Source: an uncultured Bacteroidota bacterium (GTDB lineage: Bacteria > Bacteroidota > Bacteroidia > UKL13-3). From it: 64,000 bases of DNA. Below are positions 1-8,375 of this stretch, in pieces; within the stretch, counting starts at the first letter, position 1, and each line of letters begins with the position of its first letter. A program made the translations under genes and the position numbers. The DNA lies in assembly GCA_903850915.1 (NCBI GenBank), contig CAINMV010000034.1:37-64036 (forward strand), read 5' to 3'. The notes below the pieces were generated by a model. It searched no databases and was not told where the DNA came from. It was given only the letters and a program-made list of their open reading frames with translations.

Positions 1-248
1 GAAAAATTACGATATTTAGAGTTTTTTCGGTTGTTTTTTGGATTTTTTTGCAGAAAATGGCAGAAAATACACTTTAATCGCATATTAATTTAGGCCTCTT
101 TTTTTAGTTAAAACAGGTAAGCTGCTGAATTCTCAAAAATATAGTATTGGAACTTTCAATTTTCTTTCATTTTTGTTCACTTTTAGATGAAAAATTACGA
201 TATTTTGAGTTTTTTCGGTGGTTTTTTGGATTTTTTTGCAGAAAATGG
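1..248. repeat. Two copies of a 60-bp direct repeat (1-60 and 189-248), period 188 bp
   Basis: GAAAAATTACGATATTT(A/T)GAGTTTTTTCGGT(T/G)GTTTTTTGGATTTTTTTGCAGAAAATGG occurs twice with 2 mismatches. Copy 1 starts at the window edge, so the array may extend upstream. Confidence 0.9.
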
Positions 249-513
249 AAGGAAATCTAATTTCAGCAGAGTAGAAATTTAATTCTCATTTGAGGAAGAA
301 AAAAGCATCATTTTTTCTTGATTTTGTATTAAAAATCGGTTAAAAGGCACTTTTGCAACTTATTTTAAAATAATACTTACACCTTTGTCGTTGTCTCCAA
401 AAGGGGCTTTTAAAACACGGGAAGTCGGTCAAGGTGTAGTAGAATATTTGTTATAATGTATTAAATCATCGACAAACATAATTTAGGTTAAGAAGTACAG
501 CTTCTAGAAATGT

Positions 514-521
514 TATCTTTG
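514..521 (+). promoter_or_regulatory. Bacteroidota sigma70 -7 element for the cytochrome c operon
   Basis: TATCTTTG matches TAnnTTTG, 36 nt before the ATG at 558. Confidence 0.6.
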
Positions 522-557
522 CATCACACTGTTAAGGGAATAATTTAAAAAAATCGC

Positions 558-1253
558 ATGAAAAGGTACTCAACATTGCTTATCAGCCTACTTTTTGGAG
601 GTATGATTGTTATTTGGGCTTGCAAGCACCAGATTCCTGATCCACCAATACCTAATTCTAATATACCAGGGCAGACCGGAAGAGCATGCGATAGCGACTC
701 CGTGTATTTTGCCAATGAAATTCTTCCACTGTTAAAGTCGACCTGTGCCACCAGTGGCTGCCACGACGCTTTTACCCAGAAAGAAGGTGTGCAGATTACA
801 AGTTATGCGACAATAATAGACTATGTGGTTCCAAGCAATGCCAATAATAGCAAGCTTTACGAGGTGATAACCAAAACTAACAAGCGAATGCCTCCTGCTC
901 CGATGGCTGCCTTAACGGTAGCGGAAATTGCTAAAATTAAAAAGTGGATTAGTCAGGGTGCTAAAGACAACGCTTGCGACCATTGTGACACCTTAGACTA
1001 CAAATTTAGCACAGCGGTAAAGCCCTTGCTCGACTTAAAATGCAAAGGTTGCCATAACCCAGCGAGCTTAGGCGGGGGCATCGACCTATCCACGTATGCC
1101 GCAACTAAAATATCGGCTTCCAACGGCAAGCTTTATGGTGCAGTGAACTGGTCGACTGGCTTCAAGGCCATGCCACAGAACTCAGCGAAGATGCCGTCGT
1201 GCGAGATTTTACAAATTAAAAAATGGATAGACAGCGGAGCACCAAACAACTAA
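558..1253 (+). CDS. Di-heme c-type cytochrome lipoprotein (two Planctomycete cytochrome C-like domains), paralog A
   Basis: Lipobox IWA-C22. Heme motifs CATSGCH (CX4CH) and CKGCH. Each domain has F-x3-(I/V)xPLL before the motif, an MP distal-ligand motif and an I-K-K-W-I-x2-GA end. Confidence 0.8.
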   Translation: MKRYSTLLISLLFGGMIVIWACKHQIPDPPIPNSNIPGQTGRACDSDSVYFANEILPLLKSTCATSGCHDAFTQKEGVQITSYATIIDYVVPSNANNSKLYEVITKTNKRMPPAPMAALTVAEIAKIKKWISQGAKDNACDHCDTLDYKFSTAVKPLLDLKCKGCHNPASLGGGIDLSTYAATKISASNGKLYGAVNWSTGFKAMPQNSAKMPSCEILQIKKWIDSGAPNN

Positions 1254-1297
1254 AAGAAACACATCTCGACTAAATGAATTTTAATTAACAATTTAGC

Positions 1298-1993
1298 ATG
1301 AAAAGAAATACAACGTGGCTTATTAGCATGCTTTTTGGAGGTATGATCATTTTATGGGCTTGCAAGCACGAGCTTCCTGAGCCTTTAGAGCCAGCATCGA
1401 ATACTCCCGGACTTACTGGTAGAGAATGTGACCCTGATTCCGTTTATTTTGGCAATGAGATTCTTCCAATCCTTAAATCGAATTGCGCTACAAGTGGATG
1501 TCACGATGCCTTTACCAAAGCAGAGGGTGTTCAAATCACAAGCTATAAAACCATAATGAAATATGTTGTACCAAGCAATGCCAATAATAGCTCGCTTTAC
1601 CGATCGATTAACAAAACACACGAGAGAATGCCACCACCGCCCATGGCCGCATTAACAGCAGCGCAAATAGCTCGTATTAAACTATGGATTAATCAAGGAG
1701 CAAAAAATAATGCTTGCGACCATTGTGACACCTTAGACTACAAATTTAGCACAGCTGTAAAGCCTCTTCTCGATTTAAAATGCAAGGGTTGTCATAGCCC
1801 AGGTAGCTTAGGCGGCGGAATAGATTTATCGACCTATGCGGCTGCAAAAATATCTGCATTAAACGGCAAGCTATTTGGTTCAGTAAATTGGTCATCAGGT
1901 TTCAAAGTGATGCCGCAGAACTCACCGAAGATGCCAGCTTGCGAGATTTTACAAATTAAAAAATGGGTAGACGACGGAGCTCCAAATAACTAA
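1298..1993 (+). CDS. Di-heme c-type cytochrome lipoprotein, paralog B (tandem duplicate of 558-1253)
   Basis: Same length (231 aa), gap-free alignment, about 79% aa identity by manual count, same CATSGCH and CKGCH motifs, lipobox LWA-C. Confidence 0.8.
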   Translation: MKRNTTWLISMLFGGMIILWACKHELPEPLEPASNTPGLTGRECDPDSVYFGNEILPILKSNCATSGCHDAFTKAEGVQITSYKTIMKYVVPSNANNSSLYRSINKTHERMPPPPMAALTAAQIARIKLWINQGAKNNACDHCDTLDYKFSTAVKPLLDLKCKGCHSPGSLGGGIDLSTYAAAKISALNGKLFGSVNWSSGFKVMPQNSPKMPACEILQIKKWVDDGAPNN

Positions 1994-1999
1994 AACACT

Positions 2000-2383
2000 A
2001 TGCCTTCTAAAAAATTATTTTTATTATCGAGCCTTGCTATAGCCTTGGCATTTTACGCCTCTTGTTATTACGACAAAGCGGATTTGTTGTATCCCAACTC
2101 CTTAGCCTCTGAATGCGATACAACTGTGGTTTCATATAGTGAGAAGGTAGTGCCGGTATTAAGTCAAAACTGTTACAGTTGTCATACAGCCGCATCTGCA
2201 GGCGGTGGTGTTGTACTAGGCACCTATGAAGCCGATAAGGCCTATGCTAATAATGGCAAGCTTCTTGGTGTATCGATATGGTCGCAAGGATTTTCGCCCA
2301 TGCCCAAAGGAGGAAGCCGTATGACTACCTGTCAAATCGCTAAAATTTCACGTTGGATTGCAGCAGGAGCGCCAAACAATTAA
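2000..2383 (+). CDS. Mono-heme c-type cytochrome lipoprotein (same domain family)
   Basis: Lipobox YAS-C, CYSCH motif, PMP, C-terminal ISRWIAAGAPNN homologous to the second domain of the upstream paralogs. Confidence 0.8.
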   Translation: MPSKKLFLLSSLAIALAFYASCYYDKADLLYPNSLASECDTTVVSYSEKVVPVLSQNCYSCHTAASAGGGVVLGTYEADKAYANNGKLLGVSIWSQGFSPMPKGGSRMTTCQIAKISRWIAAGAPNN

Positions 2384-2388
2384 AAAAA

Positions 2389-2853
2389 ATGATTATGACA
2401 CAAAAGAGAAAAACGACACTTATCATCCTATCCTTTCTATTGCTTTTGGCTGCTGGGGCTGTATATTATGGCTATCGTGAATATTACAGAACCAACACTT
2501 CATTGGAGCGAAGCACGCCCAATTTCACCATGGCTGCCGATGAGCTTATCAACTCTTTTTCATCGGATGAGAAAGGTGCAAATGCTAAATTTCTAGATAG
2601 AATAATACAGGTTAATGGCACCATTAAATCGGTTGACAAAGACGAAAAGGGGTATTACACCTTGGTGATTTCGAACCCAACGTCGATGTCGTCGGTGCGA
2701 TGCAGTATGGATAGTTTAGAGATGCAAAAAGCAAGCCTTGTTAAAACCGACCAAACCCTTGCTGTTAAGGGTATATGCACTGGCTACAATGCCGATGAAA
2801 TGGGCCTTGGCGCTGATGTAATATTAAACCGTTGTATAATCGTAGAAAATTAA
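2389..2853 (+). CDS. Membrane-anchored OB-fold protein (tRNA_anti-like family)
   Basis: N-terminal TM helix, then A-x2-L-x3-F-x2-DE-x2-ANAKFLDRIIQVNGTIKSV...VRC...VKGICTGY...VILNRC, typical of tRNA_anti-like OB folds. Start moved to ATG 2389 (2395 also possible). Confidence 0.7.
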   Translation: MIMTQKRKTTLIILSFLLLLAAGAVYYGYREYYRTNTSLERSTPNFTMAADELINSFSSDEKGANAKFLDRIIQVNGTIKSVDKDEKGYYTLVISNPTSMSSVRCSMDSLEMQKASLVKTDQTLAVKGICTGYNADEMGLGADVILNRCIIVEN

Positions 2854-2890
2854 AAAATCAAATCCAATTTTATAATTATTTAAATCAATC

Positions 2891-3451
2891 ATGAACAAAT
2901 TCCTATTATTTTTATTCGCCATTTCTTTATCGAGCCTGCTTCACGCTCAGGACAAATTTTTCACTAAAACAGGCAAAGTATATTTTGATGCTACCGCACC
3001 AAAATCGCCTGAGAAAATAACAGCAGTAAACAAAAGCGCCACCTGTGTGCTCGACACCAAAACGGGCAACATGCAATTCTCCTTACTTATGAAAGGGTTT
3101 GAATTTGAACGTGCTTTAATGCAAGAACATTTCAACGAAAACTATGCCGAAAGCACCAAATTTCCGAAGTCGGAGTTTAAAGGTAACATTGCAGAAAATG
3201 CCAATGTAAATTACACCAAAGATGGCGTTTACGTGGTGAAAGTTAAAGGACAACTTACCTTACATGGCGAAACAAAAGAGGTAGAAACAAGTGGCACCGT
3301 GAGTGTTAAAGGAGGAAGCATTAGCCTTGCAGCTACCTTCACCATTAATTTAGAAGAGTACAAGGTAAATGTGCCAACGGTAGTAGGTGATAAGGTTTCT
3401 AAAACCGCTAAAATTACCGTTGACTGTGCCTTGGAACCCCTTAAAAAATAA
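2891..3451 (+). CDS. YceI family (lipid/polyisoprenoid-binding) periplasmic protein
   Basis: Signal peptide, FEFERALMQEHFNENYAES-x-KFPKSEF, VKGQLTLHGETKEV, F-x-I-x-LEEYKV. Confidence 0.9.
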   Translation: MNKFLLFLFAISLSSLLHAQDKFFTKTGKVYFDATAPKSPEKITAVNKSATCVLDTKTGNMQFSLLMKGFEFERALMQEHFNENYAESTKFPKSEFKGNIAENANVNYTKDGVYVVKVKGQLTLHGETKEVETSGTVSVKGGSISLAATFTINLEEYKVNVPTVVGDKVSKTAKITVDCALEPLKK

Positions 3452-3487
3452 TTCGTTGGCATTTGCCAAACAAACAAAATTCATACC

Positions 3488-4387
3488 ATGCTTAAGAAAC
3501 ACCTGTTTCCATTAATCTTTCTTTTTGTTACTTTATTTAGCAACAAAATTATTGCACAACCCGCCGACGATTTGTTGAGTTTGGTAGGAGAAGACAAGCC
3601 CAAAAAAGAGTTTGTGAAGAATGCCTTTAAATCTACCAAAGTAATTAACGGTCATTCGATGGAGTTTTTGTCGGCAGGAACCATGGATTTCAGAATTTTG
3701 CACCGTTTTGGATTGCTTGATCAAGGCTATAAAAATTTCTTTGGTTTAGATCAAGCAAGCATGCGTATGGCCTTCGACTTCGGCTTACTTCCCAACCTAA
3801 TGGCGGGTATTGGCAGAAGCACCTACAAGAAAGAAGTGGATGGTTTTATAAAATATGCTCCCATACGACAAGCTACCGGCACAAAGGGTCTTCCATTAAC
3901 AATTGCGATTGTTAGTGGAATGACCTGGAACACGGCGCCATGGCCAGATCCAACGATTCATAACTATAACACGTCTCGCTTAGCCTATTACTTCCAAGGT
4001 ATATTTGGGAGGAAGTTTAGCGAATCGCTAAGTTTGCAGTTGTCGCCTACGTTATTGCATCGCAATATTGTGGCATTAAATACAACACCCAACGATGAAT
4101 ACTCCATTGGATTTGCAGGCCGGTATAAAGTTACCAAGCGCATGGCCATAACTTGGGATTACTTTTACAGAATCAATGGTCGTGAGAAAAATGTAACCTT
4201 TGACCCTATATCTATAGGCATTGACATTGAGACAGGAGGCCACGTATTTCAGCTTCACGTATCCAACTGCGTTGGCATGAATGAGCGCGCGTTTTTAGAT
4301 GAGACCACGAGCAATTGGCTCAAAGGAGGCATACGTTTTGGATTTAACTTATCACGAGTGTTTCAATTGAAAAGCCACAATGAATAG
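3488..4387 (+). CDS. DUF5777-type outer-membrane beta-barrel protein
   Basis: Signal peptide, FKSTKVINGHS, FRILHRFG, FFGLDQA, DIETGGHVFQLH, C-terminal beta-signal-like FGFNLSRVF. Confidence 0.8.
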   Translation: MLKKHLFPLIFLFVTLFSNKIIAQPADDLLSLVGEDKPKKEFVKNAFKSTKVINGHSMEFLSAGTMDFRILHRFGLLDQGYKNFFGLDQASMRMAFDFGLLPNLMAGIGRSTYKKEVDGFIKYAPIRQATGTKGLPLTIAIVSGMTWNTAPWPDPTIHNYNTSRLAYYFQGIFGRKFSESLSLQLSPTLLHRNIVALNTTPNDEYSIGFAGRYKVTKRMAITWDYFYRINGREKNVTFDPISIGIDIETGGHVFQLHVSNCVGMNERAFLDETTSNWLKGGIRFGFNLSRVFQLKSHNE

Positions 4388-4635
4388 CCAAAACGCCATT
4401 CTGAAGTGCGTTTCGGAACATTAAGAGTTCAATAATTGATTAATAGTACCAAATTACGTAGAGATTAATTTAACCTTTTTTCTACAAACGGGGCGCACCT
4501 TTGCTACAAAAGAGTTAAAGCTTCGGAGCTTGGCAACATTATTAAATTCAGAATGTCAAATTCGAAAAAATCAATGCTAAAAAAGCTTCATCAGCGCTTT
4601 AAAATATTACTCCACTAGAAACTATAATTTTTTAT

Positions 4636-4643
4636 TATTTTTG
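4636..4643 (+). promoter_or_regulatory. -7 promoter element of tRNA-Leu
   Basis: TATTTTTG matches TAnnTTTG, in the same TTTTTTATTATTTTTGC context as upstream of tRNA-Arg. Confidence 0.6.
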
Positions 4644-4660
4644 CTGTGATATTTACACAT

Positions 4661-4742
4661 GCCCATGTGGTGAAATTGGTAGACACGCTACTTTGAGGTG
4701 GTAGTTCCGAAAGGTGTAGGAGTTCGAGTCTCCTCGTGGGCA
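4661..4742 (+). tRNA. tRNA-Leu(GAG)
   Basis: Acceptor GCCCATG/CGTGGGC+A, D-loop AAATTGGTAGA, anticodon arm CTACT-TTGAGGT-GGTAG, long variable arm, T-loop GTTCGAGT. No encoded CCA. Confidence 0.95.
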
Positions 4743-4882
4743 CTTTCTTTTCTTTTTTGATAAGTCTTGAGTCATTAGTATCGAGTCTATAGCATTCATA
4801 TTGTTTTTTAATTCCTACCTTTGCATTGCGTTTAATTTACTGTAGTGCTTTTTCTTTAATTAGCGCGAATTACCTGTTATCT

Positions 4883-5980
4883 ATGAGCAAAAGGGGCAAA
4901 GTATTGTTAGCGATGAGTGGCGGTGTGGATAGCACCGTGGCTGCTGTTATGTTAAAAGAACAGGGCTATGAGGTGGTTGGGATTACCATGAAAACATGGG
5001 ACTATGCCACCAGCGGAGGCAGCAAGAAGGAAACAGGATGCTGCAGCTTAGACAGCATTAATGATGCTCGGGCGATTGCCGTAGAGCATGGCATTCACCA
5101 TTTCATATTAGATATACGTGATGAATTTGGTGATTTTGTAATTGACAATTTTGTTGAAGAATATATTGCAGGACGCACACCAAATCCTTGTGTACTATGC
5201 AACACCCATATAAAGTGGGAAGCCCTATTAAAACGCGCCGATCAACTCGATTGTGAATTTATTGCTACAGGCCATTACGCTCAAGTGCGTGAAGAAAATG
5301 CCCGCTTCGTGATTTCTAAAGGTCTGGATGAAAATAAAGATCAAAGCTATGTTTTATGGGGTTTAACACAAAAAAGTTTAGCCCGAACGCTATTCCCTGT
5401 TGGCGGATACCATAAGCCTGAAATTCGGCAAATGGCCTTAGATTGGGGCTATGCCGACTTGGCTAACAAGAGTGAAAGCTATGAAATTTGTTTTGTGCCT
5501 GACAACGACTATCGTGGGTTTTTAAAACGTCGTGTGCCTGGCTTGGAAGAACGTGTGGAAGGCGGAAACTTTGTGATGACCGATGGCACCGTAGTTGGAA
5601 AGCATCGCGGCTATCCGTTTTACACGGTGGGTCAGCGCAAAGGCTTAGAAATAGCCTTAGGTCGCCCCATTTTTGTGGTTGAGATACAACCTGAAACCAA
5701 CACGGTGGTGCTTGGCGATGTAAACGACATGGACCGCTCCGCAATGTGGGTAAGAAATATTAATTTAAGTAAATATGCTTCACTAATGGAGCCACTAGAA
5801 GCCTTAACCAAAATTCGCTACAAAGACATTGGTCATTTAGGCAGCATTGAACAAGAAGGTACTCGCATGAAGGTAAACTTTTACGACAAAGTAAATGCCA
5901 TTGCCCCCGGGCAAGCCGCCGTTTTTTATGAAGGTAATGATGTAGTAGGCGGAGGATGGATTGAAAAAGGCCTGATTTAA
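4883..5980 (+). CDS. mnmA: tRNA-specific 2-thiouridylase MnmA
   Basis: AMSGGVDS PP-loop, TPNPCVLCN, IATGHY, KDQSY, SESYEIC, APGQAAVFY. Start at ATG 4883, downstream of the -7 element TACCTTTG at 4816-4823. Confidence 0.96.
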   Translation: MSKRGKVLLAMSGGVDSTVAAVMLKEQGYEVVGITMKTWDYATSGGSKKETGCCSLDSINDARAIAVEHGIHHFILDIRDEFGDFVIDNFVEEYIAGRTPNPCVLCNTHIKWEALLKRADQLDCEFIATGHYAQVREENARFVISKGLDENKDQSYVLWGLTQKSLARTLFPVGGYHKPEIRQMALDWGYADLANKSESYEICFVPDNDYRGFLKRRVPGLEERVEGGNFVMTDGTVVGKHRGYPFYTVGQRKGLEIALGRPIFVVEIQPETNTVVLGDVNDMDRSAMWVRNINLSKYASLMEPLEALTKIRYKDIGHLGSIEQEGTRMKVNFYDKVNAIAPGQAAVFYEGNDVVGGGWIEKGLI

Positions 5981-6354
5981 GACAAAAAAACGCGAGCATA
6001 CCTATTTATGTCAGTCATTTAAGCAAAACTAGCCATACAGGCCAAAAAGCGCTTAATTTGAGGTTTTAATTTACTACCATACCCTAAATTAATCTAGCAT
6101 CATCTTTTTTTAACGTTTTTGGTTATAATAATCAACTTTTAGAATTCAAAAAACGCAATTTGCAATTTGTTGCTAAGCTGTTTAGTAACATTAGTTCCGC
6201 ACAGTAATTTTGTGGAAAATCCTATTTAATATCGGGGCTTGTGCCCTTACTTTTGCAAGTGGAAAGAATAAAACACATTTTTAGCGACCAAAATCTCATT
6301 TTCAGCGATGCAGTGAATTAGGCGCAAAATGATCAATTACGTAAAAGAAACACC

Positions 6355-8235
6355 ATGGCAACTGCAAAATATACTGAAGATAACATCAAATCGTTGGAGC
6401 CACACGAACATATCCGACTGCGGCCAGGCATGTATATTGGCAAGCTAGGGGATGGAAGCGCACCTGATGATGGCATCTATATCCTTTTCAAAGAAATTGT
6501 TGACAACAGTATCGATGAATTTATCATGGGAGGCGGTAACGAAATTGAGATCACCGTGACAGAGCATCGGGTTCAGGTTCGCGACTATGGCCGAGGCATC
6601 CCTTTGGGCAAAGTAATTGATTGCGTAAGCAAAATTAACACCGGGGGGAAATACGATAGCAACGCCTTTCAAAAATCGGTAGGGCTAAACGGCGTTGGTA
6701 CCAAGGCTGTTAATGCCTTGAGCTATTATTTCCGAGTACAGAGCATACGCGATGGCCGAACCAAAGTAGCCGAATTTAGCCGAGGGGTTATCACAAAAAA
6801 CGAAAAAGAACGGGATGAAAGTGACTACCAAGGGACCATCATGACCTTCGAGCCTGACAATACCATCTTTAAAAATTTCAAATACAAGACGGAGTTCCTA
6901 GAGAGTCAGATTCGCAATTATGTTTACTTAAACGCCGGATTAACGATACGATTTAATGGCAAAAAATTCTTAAGCAAAAACGGACTTTTAGACTTGCTTA
7001 CAGAAAAAACAGATGAGACAATTCTTTACCCAATCATTCATTGCCGTAGCAAAGACATTGAATTTGCCCTTACCCATGGCAACAGCTATGGCGAGGAATA
7101 TTACAGCTTTGTAAACGGTCAATATACCTCGCAAGGAGGAACCCATTTGGGCTACTTTAGAGAAGCCCTCGTAAAAACAATACGTGATTTTTACAAGAAG
7201 GATTACGACGCCTCCGACGTACGTACCTCTGTGATTGCAGCCATTAGCATCAAAATTCAGGAACCTGTTTTTGAATCACAGACAAAAACGAAGTTAGGTT
7301 CACAGACAATAGAACCAAATGGTGGCGCATCACTGCGCTCCTTCATACATGAGTATATTACCAAAGAGCTGGATATATACCTGCATAAAAACCCTGAGAC
7401 TGCGCGAATAATTCAGAATAAAATAATACAGAGCGAACGAGAGCGCAAAGAGATTGCCGGAATTAAAAAGCTAGCCAACGACCGCGCCAAAAAAGCCAAT
7501 CTGCATAACAAAAAGTTACGCGATTGTAAGATTCATCTAGACGACGAAAAGCATGAAAATAGATTTGAGAGCACCATCTTTATCACCGAAGGAGATAGTG
7601 CGAGTGGATCCATCACCAAAGCACGCGATGTGCAAACACAAGCCGTTTTTAGTTTGCGTGGAAAACCTTTAAACTGCTATGGACTCACAAAAAAAATAGT
7701 TTATGAAAATGAAGAGTTTAATCTACTTCAGCATGCGTTAAATGTTGAAAATGGAATTGATAACTTACGTTACAACCAAATTGTTTTGGCTACAGATGCC
7801 GATGTGGATGGGATGCATATCCGTTTGTTGATTATGACCTTCTTCTTGCATTTCTTCCCGGAGTTAGTGAAAAATGGACATCTTTTTATACTTCAAACAC
7901 CCCTTTTTCGTGTAAGAAACAAGAAAGAAACCATTTATTGCTATAGCGAACAAGAGAAGCAAAATGCCATTCGCAAACTAACCTCCAACCCCGAAATCAC
8001 GCGCTTTAAGGGCCTTGGTGAAATAAGTCCACAGGAATTTGAGCAGTTTATTAATGAAGGCATACGCCTCGAACCGGTGCTCTTAACCAAAGAGATGAGC
8101 ATTCAAAAATTACTCGAATACTTTATGGGTAAAAACACTCCGCAACGGCAAGAATTTATTATTGAAAATCTTCGAATAGAAGAAGATGATTTAAAACAAT
8201 TAGAGGACATTGTTGAACTAGAAATTGACAACTAG
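6355..8235 (+). CDS. parE: DNA topoisomerase IV subunit B
   Basis: [56 protein letters not shown]. Adjacent to parC. Confidence 0.93.
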   Translation: MATAKYTEDNIKSLEPHEHIRLRPGMYIGKLGDGSAPDDGIYILFKEIVDNSIDEFIMGGGNEIEITVTEHRVQVRDYGRGIPLGKVIDCVSKINTGGKYDSNAFQKSVGLNGVGTKAVNALSYYFRVQSIRDGRTKVAEFSRGVITKNEKERDESDYQGTIMTFEPDNTIFKNFKYKTEFLESQIRNYVYLNAGLTIRFNGKKFLSKNGLLDLLTEKTDETILYPIIHCRSKDIEFALTHGNSYGEEYYSFVNGQYTSQGGTHLGYFREALVKTIRDFYKKDYDASDVRTSVIAAISIKIQEPVFESQTKTKLGSQTIEPNGGASLRSFIHEYITKELDIYLHKNPETARIIQNKIIQSERERKEIAGIKKLANDRAKKANLHNKKLRDCKIHLDDEKHENRFESTIFITEGDSASGSITKARDVQTQAVFSLRGKPLNCYGLTKKIVYENEEFNLLQHALNVENGIDNLRYNQIVLATDADVDGMHIRLLIMTFFLHFFPELVKNGHLFILQTPLFRVRNKKETIYCYSEQEKQNAIRKLTSNPEITRFKGLGEISPQEFEQFINEGIRLEPVLLTKEMSIQKLLEYFMGKNTPQRQEFIIENLRIEEDDLKQLEDIVELEIDN

Positions 8236-8375
8236 TCCCTTTATCCTTGAAAATCGAAGACATCGTGAAGCCTGGCCGCAAAAGCAATAAACAAGTAAAT
8301 TACAAACCTAGAAAAAACAAAAAAATAAAATTTTCATAGACGTTTTTTGAGGACAACAGAGAATTAGTTACAACA

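Noticed and set aside
1-248. CRISPR array
   Set aside because: The repeat (60 bp) and spacer (128 bp) are too long, only two copies are visible, there is no terminal palindrome and no cas genes are in the window.
975-986. CDHC as a third heme-binding motif in the cytochrome paralogs
   Set aside because: It is followed by Asp, not His, and is better explained as the end Cys of domain 1 plus the start Cys of domain 2.
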